From an uncultured SAR86 cluster bacterium (lineage in GTDB: Bacteria > Pseudomonadota > Gammaproteobacteria > Magnimaribacterales > D2472): DNA of 64,000 nt. Below, one piece after another: positions 30,726 to 41,044 of the stretch. Position numbers and translations under genes: made by a program. The notes under the pieces are model-generated. The model saw only the letters and a list, made by a program, of their open reading frames with translations. It made no database searches and had not been told where the DNA came from. The stretch spans positions 131,993 to 195,992 of the forward strand of contig CACBPT010000001.1 in assembly GCA_902541245.1 (NCBI GenBank), read 5' to 3'. Position 1 is the stretch's first letter, and each line of letters starts with the position of its first letter.

Positions 30726-31598
30726 ATGGCAATTAATAAAGATATTCACACCATTGATCTTATGCTTGGAATTCCTGAACAAGAAGATAGATCAGATTGG
30801 TATAAGTTTATGGAACCTCTTCTTCGAGATGAGGAATCCAAATCTATGTTTAAGATGCCAGCTCAATACATGTTTAAGGATATACCTGAAACTGGCTCTC
30901 ACGACGACTTTATTCAATATACAATAGAACAAATGGATAAATATCATATCAATCAAGCCATGATTGGATTCCATGAAAAATCTGAAGTAAAAATTGAAGC
31001 TGCGAAAAATCATACAGATAGATTTTTTTTCGATCTGCCTGTAAATCCAAATATTGAAAACGAGGCTGAAAATATTAAAAGACATTATGAAACTTATGGA
31101 ATTAAAGCGGTAAGTGCTTTTCCATCTGGAATGTATCCTCAAATCGCTATCAATGATCAAAAATGGTATCCCATATATGAGATGTGTATTGAACTGGATA
31201 TCCCTTTTTTTTGCTGTGTAGGAGTTCCTGGTCCAAGAATTCCAATGGCTCCTCAGAAAGTTGAGTTAATTGATGAGGTATGTTGGTATTTTCCAGAACT
31301 AAAATTCATTATGAGACATGGAGCTGAACCCTGGACAGCCCTGGCATGTAAACTGATGCTTAAATACCCAAATTTATATTATTCAACGAGCGCTTTTTCA
31401 CCAAAACATTATCCTAAGGACATTATAGATTTTGCTAACACTCGTGGAAAAAATAAAATTATGTATGCAGGATATTTCCCTATGGGGCTATCTTTAGATA
31501 AAATTTTTACTGAAATGGATAATGTCCCTTTTAATGATGAAATATGGCCGCTTTTTTTGGGAGAAAATGCTAAAAGAGTGCTTAAATTAAAGATATAA
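30726..31598 (+). CDS. amidohydrolase_2 (ACMSD-like metal-dependent hydrolase/decarboxylase) family protein
   Basis: 290 aa. IDLMLGIP..., FIMRHGAEPW and YAGYFP fit the amidohydrolase-2 TIM-barrel pattern. Moderate certainty. Confidence 0.6.
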   Translation: MAINKDIHTIDLMLGIPEQEDRSDWYKFMEPLLRDEESKSMFKMPAQYMFKDIPETGSHDDFIQYTIEQMDKYHINQAMIGFHEKSEVKIEAAKNHTDRFFFDLPVNPNIENEAENIKRHYETYGIKAVSAFPSGMYPQIAINDQKWYPIYEMCIELDIPFFCCVGVPGPRIPMAPQKVELIDEVCWYFPELKFIMRHGAEPWTALACKLMLKYPNLYYSTSAFSPKHYPKDIIDFANTRGKNKIMYAGYFPMGLSLDKIFTEMDNVPFNDEIWPLFLGENAKRVLKLKI

Positions 31599-31623
31599 TT
31601 AACTTAATAAATTACCACAAATC

Positions 31624-32622
31624 ATGACAGAAAAAAGTAGATACTCAATGTTACAGATACCATTTGGATGGTATGTTGTTGATTACTCAGATGAGCTGAA
31701 AGTCGGTGATGTTAAAGCAGTGCGTTACTTTGCTCAAGATCAAGTTTTGTTCAGAACTGAATCAGGTGAAGTAAGCATGTTGGATGCATACTGCCCTCAC
31801 TTGGGAGCTCATTTAGGTCATGGAGGTATTGTCAGCGGAGAGTGTATAGAATGTCCATTTCATGCATGGAGATGGAAAACAGACGGCAAAATTGGAGAAA
31901 TTCCTTATGCAAAAAATATTCCCCCTAGGGCAAAAGAAACAAAAATATTTACTTATCCTACAGTTGAGCGAAATAATTTAATTTATGCTTGGTATCACCC
32001 GCATGGAGATGAGCCCCACTATGAAGTCGAAACCTATCCAGAGATTACCGATCCTGAATGGGGCGATGATTTCGAAAAGTTTGAATATAGAATTAAATGC
32101 CATATTCAAGATATGGCTGAAAATGCAGTTGATGCAGCTCACTTCATGTATGTTCATGGAGTTGCTTCATATCCAGAATTTGAAGTAACTTACGAAGATC
32201 AAAAAAGATTTTTTTATCAAAAAGCTGACATGATTACTCCAAAAGGAACTGTTAAAGGCAAGATATCAGGAGCTTCCAACGGCCCAGGAGATAACTTTAC
32301 AAGATTTGAAGGTATCTGCGATACACTTTTACTGGGCTCGACCACACCTACTGAAAACGAAGAAGTTATAACTAGATTTTCTTTTCTTCAAAAAAAAGTA
32401 AATGGTGAAGTTCCAACTGGCGGAGTTGGCGCGGCAATAATTGCAGATATCAATAAACAAGTAAAAGAAGATATTCCAGTTTGGGAAAACAAAAAATATG
32501 CATCTAAGCCTGTGCTCTGTGATTCAGATGGGCCAATTGCTAAATTTAGAAAACACTTTGCAACATTTTATGCTGATGATAATGAATCAGAATCAATTAA
32601 AACTGCAAATATCGATAAATAA
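31624..32622 (+). CDS. Rieske [2Fe-2S] non-heme-iron oxygenase, KshA-like
   Basis: Rieske motif CPHLGAHLGHGG...CIECPFHAWRW. Downstream mononuclear-iron region DMAENAVDAAHFMYVHG. Confidence 0.85.
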   Translation: MTEKSRYSMLQIPFGWYVVDYSDELKVGDVKAVRYFAQDQVLFRTESGEVSMLDAYCPHLGAHLGHGGIVSGECIECPFHAWRWKTDGKIGEIPYAKNIPPRAKETKIFTYPTVERNNLIYAWYHPHGDEPHYEVETYPEITDPEWGDDFEKFEYRIKCHIQDMAENAVDAAHFMYVHGVASYPEFEVTYEDQKRFFYQKADMITPKGTVKGKISGASNGPGDNFTRFEGICDTLLLGSTTPTENEEVITRFSFLQKKVNGEVPTGGVGAAIIADINKQVKEDIPVWENKKYASKPVLCDSDGPIAKFRKHFATFYADDNESESIKTANIDK

Positions 32623-32639
32623 AAGTTTTATATTTAGCG

Positions 32640-32810
32640 CTAGTCTTCTACTAATTCAAAATCAAACTTACTGACCCCACAATCTGGGCAGACCCATTCA
32701 TCTGGAATATCTTCCCACCTTGTTCCAGGAGCTAGACCATCTTCTGGATCACCAAGTTCCTCATCATAGATGTATCCACAGATGATGCATTCATATTTTT
32801 TATAAGGCAT
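32640..32810 (-). CDS. rubredoxin
   Basis: Below the ORF-track size cut-off. Manual translation gives [56 protein letters not shown], with the two canonical CxxCG / CPxCG knuckles. Overlaps the upstream MFS gene's stop by 11 nt. Confidence 0.85.
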   Translation of the reverse strand: MPYKKYECIICGYIYDEELGDPEDGLAPGTRWEDIPDEWVCPDCGVSKFDFELVED

Positions 32811-34149
32811 TGTTATTTAGTTTAGATTTAATTTTTTTATGATCTTCCCTTCCAAGTGAATGAGTAAACAAAAGATATGATGCTATAGAATAGCTAATTA
32901 TTGGAACAAATGTATAAATATAATAGATCGCCATCTTAGACGATTCAGTATTGGATACACCAAGACTTATATCAAAACCCCAATAAAGCTCTAAGATTAA
33001 ATAAGGAACTACAGCAGCCAATGCAAAACCAATTTTTGTAAGTGTTGTAAGGAATGAAAAAACTGTTCCAGAAATATTCTCTCCAACTTCAAAACTTAAC
33101 TTATCTGAAATATCTGCAGTCATGGCATTAATCAATGGAAGTGGCCCTGAAAAAGAAAATCCATATAAAACTATAAATGTTCCCACTCCAATTAACTTTT
33201 GAAAAGTAGTTAAGTCTTTTATATACCAATAACCAATGAAGCCTATAGATAAGATAATTATTGCGTATACGCATGAAATTCCAGCTGCAAAATGTTTAGA
33301 TATTTTTAAACTTAAATGTCTCCATGCCAGCAATCCAAATACACTTACAACATAGTAAATTAACATTAATCTAGAAGAATATTCTGGCAGCTCAATTACT
33401 ACTTCCATCCAAATTAAATATAAGGCTCCATTCAAACTCATACAAAACGCAATTAAAACTGCTGCTGTGACAATTCGAATTAACATCTTATTAGAAAATA
33501 AGGCGATAAAATTTTTAAATGAATTTTCAGACTTTTCCTGATCTGGAGCTGAAAATGAATCAGGTGTACTCCACAAAGAATTCATTGTAATTAATGGAAT
33601 ACAAAGTAAGACAAAAATTCCAATTGCATTCACTTTTGCTTGCAAAGATGGATCATTTATTTCGACAATGGCAGGGATTGCAATTACGGAGAACATACCA
33701 AGCAATGCCATGAACTCTCTTAAAGTCAGAAGTCTTGTTCGATCATCATAATCAGGCGCTAAAAATGTTGCCCACGACAGCTGGGTAATTGTAGATAATG
33801 TAAATGCTAAGTAAAGTAAAAATAATCCTATAAAAAAATAAATCCATGATGGTGAGGATGTTTGAGGTAAAAAAATTAAAAAAGTTGCAAACATAAAAAT
33901 TGGTGCAGAAAGGAAAATCCAGTGCTTGTGCTTACCCCAGCTTGATGGAAATTTATCAATCAATAATCCCATGACAGGATCAGTTAAAATATCGGTAAAT
34001 CTTCCTAAAAAGAAAATAACCCCAACCAAAGATAGACCCAACCCAAGATCATCTGCGTAAAAAGGTAAAACAAATATAAAAATAGGCATCCCTGCCGCTG
34101 AAGTAGGAAAATTCAATGCTGTATATGACAGCCGTTGATATAGATTCAT
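32800..34149 (-). CDS. MFS transporter (GPH/glycoside-pentoside-hexuronide-like)
   Basis: 449 aa, about 12 predicted TM segments. [18 protein letters not shown] resembles the GPH-family loop 2-3 motif. Confidence 0.7.
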   Translation of the reverse strand: MNLYQRLSYTALNFPTSAAGMPIFIFVLPFYADDLGLGLSLVGVIFFLGRFTDILTDPVMGLLIDKFPSSWGKHKHWIFLSAPIFMFATFLIFLPQTSSPSWIYFFIGLFLLYLAFTLSTITQLSWATFLAPDYDDRTRLLTLREFMALLGMFSVIAIPAIVEINDPSLQAKVNAIGIFVLLCIPLITMNSLWSTPDSFSAPDQEKSENSFKNFIALFSNKMLIRIVTAAVLIAFCMSLNGALYLIWMEVVIELPEYSSRLMLIYYVVSVFGLLAWRHLSLKISKHFAAGISCVYAIIILSIGFIGYWYIKDLTTFQKLIGVGTFIVLYGFSFSGPLPLINAMTADISDKLSFEVGENISGTVFSFLTTLTKIGFALAAVVPYLILELYWGFDISLGVSNTESSKMAIYYIYTFVPIISYSIASYLLFTHSLGREDHKKIKSKLNNNAL

Positions 34150-34165
34150 TTTTGTATATTAACTT

Positions 34166-34567
34166 CTAGACTTTAAAAACATCTCTCATGGAGATAATTC
34201 CAACGAGTTGTTCGCCTGAAAAAACAGGTAAATGTCTTATCTGATTATCAATCATAAGTTTTTTAGCTTCGGAGTTAGATGTTTCTGGACATGTATAAAT
34301 TAGTTTTCTTGTCATAATATCTTTAACAGTCTTTGAACCAAGATTTTTTGCACCTCCCGATAAAGCATATACAAGATCTCGTTCAGTCAATATACCGAGA
34401 ACAGATGACTTACATAAATTTTCTTCTGATCCGATTTTAGAAATCATCAAAGCACCTATTTTATTTTTATTCATAAGAGATGCGGCATTAAATAAGTCAG
34501 AATTTTCTGGAATAGTGAAGATATCCCAATATCTTTGGGCGTTCAAATGATCTTTAACTTTCTTCAT
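34166..34567 (-). CDS. CBS-domain pair protein
   Basis: Two CBS repeats (GILTERDLVYAL; IRHLPVFSGEQLVGIISMRDVFK). Confidence 0.8.
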   Translation of the reverse strand: MKKVKDHLNAQRYWDIFTIPENSDLFNAASLMNKNKIGALMISKIGSEENLCKSSVLGILTERDLVYALSGGAKNLGSKTVKDIMTRKLIYTCPETSNSEAKKLMIDNQIRHLPVFSGEQLVGIISMRDVFKV

Positions 34568-34706
34568 ATTAAGTTTTAACTTTACGTTAACATTATGATA
34601 AATATATAAAAGATATTAACACCCTATCTAATTTCTTGGTATCATAAGCTCTATTAAAAGTATGTATGATTACTACTTGTATTATTAACGTAAACATTTA
34701 ATTGAT

Positions 34707-35081
34707 ATGAAATCGTTTTTTACCCCCATTTTGTTTGTTTTTGCATTATTAGTTTCTATGCCATCGTTTGCAGGTGATATAGGTTATGTTGGAGAAGAAG
34801 GAACTGAAATTGAAGTTTTTCGAGTATCAAGTCCTGCTGCTGAATATCCAAGAAGAGCGATCAGACTTGGTATAGAAGGTAGTGTAAAACTTGAGTTTGA
34901 TGTTGATACAGATGGATCTGTCTTAGATCCGTATGTTGTTGAAAGCAGTCCTGCTGGTGTTTTTGATAGAGCATCTATTAAAGCTGTAAGAAAATTTTTA
35001 TACCAACCTCCTACATATAATGGAACATCTGTGAAAGTTAACAATGTTCAAATCAGTCTCACATTTAAACTTGCTAATTAA
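34707..35081 (+). CDS. secreted TonB C-terminal-domain protein
   Basis: Signal peptide. EYPRRAIRLGIEGSVKLEFDVDTDGSV and FDRASIKAVRKFLYQP match the TonB_C fold. No proline-rich spacer. Confidence 0.75.
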   Translation: MKSFFTPILFVFALLVSMPSFAGDIGYVGEEGTEIEVFRVSSPAAEYPRRAIRLGIEGSVKLEFDVDTDGSVLDPYVVESSPAGVFDRASIKAVRKFLYQPPTYNGTSVKVNNVQISLTFKLAN

Positions 35082-35112
35082 CTTAAAATTTTAATATAGT
35101 TAGAGAATACCT

Positions 35113-38091
35113 ATGCCAATAAGACTCCAGTTACTGCTATTTGGGGTTATAGGCAATGTACTTGTTGCAGCCATATTCATATTTTCCTTTGGCTATAGAG
35201 AAAATATCCAAGAAAATTCATCTAATGAGTCATTGCTCACCTTGTATGAATCTGCATGGTACCAAACCTATAATAAATCTTTTGATGTCATGTCAAAGTG
35301 GTTACCAGTTACAGGAGAAAATGCTTCTTTTTGGGAGCCTGATTCAGAAATTTTTTTAGATGAAGTTGCTTCAAGCAATATATTCACTAATCCACTCCTT
35401 GATACCATAAGCGCTGATAGAATCGGAGATGCGCAATATTTAATTGAACTTTTTTTTGAAGAAGAACTAGATTATGGAAATTTAAGTTATGTAATGGCTT
35501 ATTTTCCATCAGGAGAGAGGATATATTGTGGAAGCGCACTTGATTTATTAGGAGTTGATCCCTGCTCTCCCGCAGCTCGTCCTGATTTTTTTAGTTATCT
35601 TGATTCTTTTCTTACAGACGCATCGACAAGACCAAGACAATCAATAGTTAAAATTAAAGATAAAAATGAGGATCAAGCATCTACTTTAAATCAGGCATTA
35701 AGTTTCCCTATTAAAGTTGAAGGAGAAACTTTGGCGGTTATAGCTCTTGGTGTTGATATTAGAAAAGGATTAGAGGTATTTGAAGATGAGTTTGAAGTAA
35801 GAACAGCTATTAGTACTGATTCGAGCCTGATCTCACTTAATGATTATTATCAGCAATTTGGAGATACTGAGGATGATCTTTTTGATATTGAAAATTTTAA
35901 TAAATTAACCGAAAAAGCCTCGGCTTTTAAAGCAATACATGGTTCGCGTCATTCTGAAAAAGATACAGAATTAGGAACCTCAGTGACCCTTCTGCCACTT
36001 AGTACATTTTTGTCAGCGGATGAAGCTCAACTATTTGTGTTTAAAGACGAAAGAGAAAATATACTGAGAGCAGCGAATGTTTTAAATCTTACATACATTG
36101 CTGCAATATCATTTGTAATTTTCATAATTTCATTAATAGCTTTCATTACTACAAGAACATTTGGTGGTATAACAAAGGCCATTGAAGTGCTTGAAGGTTT
36201 AACCAAGGGCGATCACACACAAGAGATGCCTATGAGGAAAGGGATTCTTGCCTCCGAGACTGATGAAGTTGGTCAATTGTCTGCTGCATTGGGAACATAT
36301 AAGTCTCATTTGATCGAAATGGAATCAATTAGAGAAGAACAAGCCAAAAGAAGACATGAGCGAGATGAAGTCATTATCGAAAAAATGACAGCTCTTGCGG
36401 ATCAACTCGATGGAAGCGCAAGAACACTTATCTTAAATGACATTAAAAAAATGAATGAGCTTGCAGATAGTTCAGACAGAAACTCGAGCGAAGAAGCCTC
36501 CGTTGAATTAATGTTGGTTGCTTTTTCAAGGATGTCAGATGAAGTTAATGGTTTGATTGATGCAAGAACTAGTGAAATGGAGTCAGCAAGAGATGAAGCT
36601 AGAGACGCAAGTGATCAAAAAACAAAATTCTTTGCAAACATGAGTCATGAATTAAGGACTCCCCTAAATGCTATTCTTGGATATGGGGAGATGCTTTATG
36701 AGGATTGTGAAGATTTAGGCTACGATGATTTGTTGCCTGATTTAAAAAAAATTACATCCTCGGGAACACATCTTCTATCTTTAATTAATAATATTTTAGA
36801 TCTTTCAAAAATTGAAGCTGGAAAAATGGAGTTATTTGTTACCAGTTTTGAAGTAGAGAATATGATCCAAACCATTAAAGATGTTTCCGAACCTCTTGCA
36901 GCTAAAAATGATAATGGATTTGTAATTAATCTTGATGGTGCTATGGGATCTATGTCTCAAGATGAAACAAAACTAAGGCAATGTATAACAAATTTTTTAA
37001 GTAATGGATTTAAATTTACAAAAAATGGAACCGTAACTCTAGATGTAAAATCCAGAATGATTGATGATGTAGAATTTATTGATTTTGCTGTAATTGATAC
37101 AGGCGCAGGGATGAGTCCTGAAGGAGTTGCTAAAGTCTTTGAGGAATATACTCAGGCAGAGCGTTCAACATCTGCAAATTATGGCGGAACTGGATTAGGT
37201 CTTCCAATCTCAAAGAAATTTGCAGAGATGATGGGTGGTGACGTTGTTGTGACTAGTGAAGAAGGAGTTGGATCTACTTTTACGATGTCAGTGCCAAGAG
37301 AATGTCCTGAATACAGTGAGGATGAGGTTGACGCAAATGTTATAAATCTCGATGATCAAGATAATCTTGTTGTATTGGTAGATGATGATGTTGCAATGCA
37401 TGATCTAATTAAACGAACAATTTCAAAGCTAAATCTTACTTTACTTGGTGCTACAAATAGCGAAAAAGGAATGGAGCTAATTCGTGAAGTTAAACCAAAA
37501 TTAATTTTGCTTGATGTTTTGATGCCAGGAAGAGATGGATGGTCTTTACTTAAAGAATGTAAAACAGATCAAGATTTAAAAAGTATTCCGGTAATTATGA
37601 TAAGTCAATTAAATCAATCAAATCTTGCTTCTTCACTTGGTGCAAATGATTACTTAACAAAACCCATTGATAGGACTCACTTTATTAATACCGTAAAAAG
37701 AGTGCTTGGGAACGAAACTCAAGATCATAAAGTTCTAGTAATCGATGATGATAAAGATGTTAGAGAATTACTTTCAAGACTTCTTAAGGATGCTGGATAC
37801 AGGCCCATAGATGCAAGAGATGGTAAAGAAGGTCTTGAAAGAACTAAAGATGAGCCGTCATTAATTATTCTTGATTTAGAAATGCCTAGAATGGATGGAT
37901 TTGAATTTTTAGATAATTATATTAAAGATGTTCCTGAAGACAAAAGAGCGCCTGTCTTGGTATTTTCAGGAAAAGATTTAACCGAAGTTCAGGAAGATCT
38001 TTTAAAAGAAAGAGTTGTGGGATTAGTTAAAAAAGATGATGTCTCAATGGAAAACCTTTCAAAGATGATTCAAGGTATTGTGACAAAGTAG
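35113..38091 (+). CDS. hybrid sensor histidine kinase with two receiver domains
   Basis: N-terminal TM, large periplasmic region, second TM, HAMP. H-box FFANMSHELRTPLNAILGY, N and G boxes (GGTGLGLPISKKFAEMMGG), then two REC domains (LVDDD...LLDVLMPGRDG; VIDDD...ILDLEMPRMDG). Confidence 0.9.
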   Translation: MPIRLQLLLFGVIGNVLVAAIFIFSFGYRENIQENSSNESLLTLYESAWYQTYNKSFDVMSKWLPVTGENASFWEPDSEIFLDEVASSNIFTNPLLDTISADRIGDAQYLIELFFEEELDYGNLSYVMAYFPSGERIYCGSALDLLGVDPCSPAARPDFFSYLDSFLTDASTRPRQSIVKIKDKNEDQASTLNQALSFPIKVEGETLAVIALGVDIRKGLEVFEDEFEVRTAISTDSSLISLNDYYQQFGDTEDDLFDIENFNKLTEKASAFKAIHGSRHSEKDTELGTSVTLLPLSTFLSADEAQLFVFKDERENILRAANVLNLTYIAAISFVIFIISLIAFITTRTFGGITKAIEVLEGLTKGDHTQEMPMRKGILASETDEVGQLSAALGTYKSHLIEMESIREEQAKRRHERDEVIIEKMTALADQLDGSARTLILNDIKKMNELADSSDRNSSEEASVELMLVAFSRMSDEVNGLIDARTSEMESARDEARDASDQKTKFFANMSHELRTPLNAILGYGEMLYEDCEDLGYDDLLPDLKKITSSGTHLLSLINNILDLSKIEAGKMELFVTSFEVENMIQTIKDVSEPLAAKNDNGFVINLDGAMGSMSQDETKLRQCITNFLSNGFKFTKNGTVTLDVKSRMIDDVEFIDFAVIDTGAGMSPEGVAKVFEEYTQAERSTSANYGGTGLGLPISKKFAEMMGGDVVVTSEEGVGSTFTMSVPRECPEYSEDEVDANVINLDDQDNLVVLVDDDVAMHDLIKRTISKLNLTLLGATNSEKGMELIREVKPKLILLDVLMPGRDGWSLLKECKTDQDLKSIPVIMISQLNQSNLASSLGANDYLTKPIDRTHFINTVKRVLGNETQDHKVLVIDDDKDVRELLSRLLKDAGYRPIDARDGKEGLERTKDEPSLIILDLEMPRMDGFEFLDNYIKDVPEDKRAPVLVFSGKDLTEVQEDLLKERVVGLVKKDDVSMENLSKMIQGIVTK

Positions 38092-38454
38092 TTAACCAAT
38101 CAAGGACTCAATTTTTCCAAGTAACCTTTTAAAATCTACAGGCTTTGTATCAAAATCATCTGCTCCACATTCTAAAGCTTTCTGTTTATCTGATTCTAGT
38201 GCATGTGCAGTTAAAGCAATAATTGGGATTGAACTAATTGAATCATCAGCTTTAGCTTGAATTGTTGCTTCCCATCCATCTAGTACAGGCAATCCCATGT
38301 CCATTAGAACAAGATCGGGAGATTCACTCCTCATCATATCGAGGCCAGCTTGACCATCAAAAGCCATAATAATTTCGTAACCCCGCCTAGAAAGTCGTCT
38401 AGACAACATATCACGATTCATTTCGTTGTCTTCAATGTAGAGTAATTTAGCCAT
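38092..38454 (-). CDS. single-domain (CheY-like) response regulator
   Basis: LLYIEDNEMNRDML, LVLMDMGLPVLDG, ALTAHA, TKP. Confidence 0.9.
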   Translation of the reverse strand: MAKLLYIEDNEMNRDMLSRRLSRRGYEIIMAFDGQAGLDMMRSESPDLVLMDMGLPVLDGWEATIQAKADDSISSIPIIALTAHALESDKQKALECGADDFDTKPVDFKRLLGKIESLIG

Positions 38455-38459
38455 TATTT

Positions 38460-39944
38460 TTATTCTCCTACTAGCTCGCTATCATGTAAAGTAAATCTGT
38501 TTCTACCATTTTTCTTTGCTTCATAAAGCCTTTCATCAGCTTTATTAGTCAGATCTGCTGAAGTTTCTGTTTCTGTCGAAAAGGCAACTCCTCCACTTGA
38601 ACTAATTTTTATTTCAGTGCCTTCAAAATCGACAATGTTGTTGTTAATTTTATGTATTAATTTAACACAAAATTCTTTAGCTTCATCAGGACTAAGGTAA
38701 AGAATTGCTAAAAACTCCTCTCCACCGATTCTGCCAACAATATTAGGAGAAGAAATCTCAGTTTGAAGCAATTGAGCAAATGATACTAAAACTGCATCGC
38801 CTCCAGCATGCCCATAATTGTCATTAACCTGTTTAAAAAAATCTATATCAAACATTATGGTAGCAAATTGACGATCCTTTGATTGCTTTGAGTTCTCCAT
38901 AGCCTCGTCTAATGCTTCAAAGATTACTCTCCTGTTATATATGCCTGTAAGTTGATCTGTTGTTGCTTGGATGTGTAATTTATTAACGAGTTCCTTTTCT
39001 CTCTCTCGCCAAAATTTTCTTTCCAAAGCTGCTACAACTTTAGCCAATAGGATGGTTCCATTTATTGGTTTCGGCAAATAATCTTGTGCTCCCAATTGAA
39101 TACATTTGGAAATACTATCTACATCATTAAAAGCGGAAACCATTATCACAGGTAATGATTCTGCATTATGTTCCTTTCTAAAGGTTTTTAATAATTCTAA
39201 ACCATTGATATCTGGCAAAATTACATCAAGCAAAATAAGATCTGGAGTTTTATTAAATACTTCAGCAATTGCGGAGTTTCCATCATATGCTGTTCTACAT
39301 GATAATCCTTGCATTGATAAACGTCTCTGAAGAACCTCACAGTTAGTTATATTATCATCAACTATTAATATATCTGATTCTTTGATTTCGTCGTCAAGTG
39401 AAATGGAATACTCTATATCACCGAGTGATTTGAAAAGAGCCTCAGCAGATTCAAGTTGGTTTGAGTTGTTATCGTCTTCTGTATCAACAGCCTCACCTCG
39501 AATGTAATCTACAAAATTTTCTATTGCGGTTTCAGTTTCACGAGCAAGGTTAATTATTTGCTGAAAATCTTGGAGAGTTCCTTCATCTAGATCATCTTCG
39601 TAATCCTCCATTAGAATTTCACTGTATCCAATAATTGCATTTAAAGGAGTTCTTAAGTTGTGGCGTAACTCAGAATATTCTTCTGGAGATTTTTTAGACG
39701 AATCCGCGTTAGCCCCAGTGTTTTGAACAAAAGCGACATCGTATTGATCAATTAACTTTGAGCAAGAAGATTTAATTTGCTCTATTTCATCGGTGGATTC
39801 TAATTCTGCATCATTGAGAACTTTTTCAACCATATCGATATAGTCAAAGATTGCATTAGCAGGAGTTATAAAATCTTGTTTTATTTGAGTTAAAACAATT
39901 TCTTCTGCCCCTTTTGATGTTTCCTTTGGAGTAAGCTTATCCAT
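38460..39944 (-). CDS. H-box (HisKA-like, no ATPase) - REC - GGDEF diguanylate cyclase
   Basis: LRHNLRTPLNAIIGYSEIL phospho-acceptor-like box without a HATPase_c domain. REC (ILIVDDN...LLDVILPDINGLE...PKP). GGDEF domain with RIGGEEFLAIL active site. Confidence 0.85.
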   Translation of the reverse strand: MDKLTPKETSKGAEEIVLTQIKQDFITPANAIFDYIDMVEKVLNDAELESTDEIEQIKSSCSKLIDQYDVAFVQNTGANADSSKKSPEEYSELRHNLRTPLNAIIGYSEILMEDYEDDLDEGTLQDFQQIINLARETETAIENFVDYIRGEAVDTEDDNNSNQLESAEALFKSLGDIEYSISLDDEIKESDILIVDDNITNCEVLQRRLSMQGLSCRTAYDGNSAIAEVFNKTPDLILLDVILPDINGLELLKTFRKEHNAESLPVIMVSAFNDVDSISKCIQLGAQDYLPKPINGTILLAKVVAALERKFWREREKELVNKLHIQATTDQLTGIYNRRVIFEALDEAMENSKQSKDRQFATIMFDIDFFKQVNDNYGHAGGDAVLVSFAQLLQTEISSPNIVGRIGGEEFLAILYLSPDEAKEFCVKLIHKINNNIVDFEGTEIKISSSGGVAFSTETETSADLTNKADERLYEAKKNGRNRFTLHDSELVGE

Positions 39945-39946
39945 TT

Positions 39947-41041
39947 TTATGTTTTCTCAGACGTAAATGATTTTAAAAAATCTGGTCGATGCATTAAATA
40001 TCCTTGTCCTGTACCACAGCCTAAGTCAATCATCATATTTTTTTCTTCTTCGGTTTCAATGCCTTCTCCAATCATTTCTAAATTAAGATCATCACAGACC
40101 TCTGAGACAAAACTAATTAATCTAGCGGTTGTTGGATCAGAGACATTAAAAGTGAAGTGCTTATCAAGCTTAACTACATCTATTGGCAACTCCCTTACAT
40201 ATTTTAATGAAGCATATCCGGCTCCAAAATCATCCAAAGCTATTTTGATACCTTTAGCTTTTAATGATTTTAATGAGTTAGAAGCAATTTTTATGTCTGA
40301 CAGTTCTGCTGTTTCGGTAACTTCAAGTCCAAATTGATTATCTTTTAAATCATGCTTATCAACAAAATCTGTAAAGATGGAGCAAAACTCTGGATGCATG
40401 ATTGTATGCGCTGAAACATTTAAATATAAAGTTGCATCCTTAAAGCCGATTTCATCTTTAACTGCAAAGAATTTCTCTAGTTGAACTAGTGATTCTAGAA
40501 CCACTAGTGAAAAAAGGCTTTCTCCTTCTATTTGAGGGATAATTTGATCATTTGGAAGATAGCCTCCTTCTCCATCTTGAAGCCTTAATAAGGCTTCAAC
40601 TCCAGTTACCTCGTTAGTTTTTAAATTAACTTGTTTTTGATAGGCTAACTCAATTCTATGATTCTCAATACAGTCAATAGTTTTCCTCAAGGCATCTAAG
40701 CCCTCTCTGGATGAGCATAAAAGTTCAATTAGCATGATGCCCTCTGATATATCTACCGGAATCATGTGGACTCTCGTACGCATTAAAAAATTTATCTCTC
40801 TTAAAGAAATTTCAATTGGAGTATCGTAATAAAGGGCAATGGATTCCAAATCACCGAAGTTATTTTTTACTTGATCATCGATTTTTACAACAGAAATCTC
40901 ATCTAGGGTCGACAAATTAAAGATGTATTTAGCTGCAAGATTTGCCCATGCAATTGAACCATCAAGTTCATAAATGATGTATGGACTTGGATGATGTAAT
41001 AACGATTTTGTAAGATAATTTAACTCTCTATCTGGCTGCAT
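39947..41041 (-). CDS. EAL-domain c-di-GMP phosphodiesterase with N-terminal PAS-like region
   Basis: GVEALLR, LEVTE, ALDDFGAGYASL, VKLDK, GEGIETEEE, QGYL. Confidence 0.85.
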   Translation of the reverse strand: MQPDRELNYLTKSLLHHPSPYIIYELDGSIAWANLAAKYIFNLSTLDEISVVKIDDQVKNNFGDLESIALYYDTPIEISLREINFLMRTRVHMIPVDISEGIMLIELLCSSREGLDALRKTIDCIENHRIELAYQKQVNLKTNEVTGVEALLRLQDGEGGYLPNDQIIPQIEGESLFSLVVLESLVQLEKFFAVKDEIGFKDATLYLNVSAHTIMHPEFCSIFTDFVDKHDLKDNQFGLEVTETAELSDIKIASNSLKSLKAKGIKIALDDFGAGYASLKYVRELPIDVVKLDKHFTFNVSDPTTARLISFVSEVCDDLNLEMIGEGIETEEEKNMMIDLGCGTGQGYLMHRPDFLKSFTSEKT

Positions 41042-41044
41042 TAT

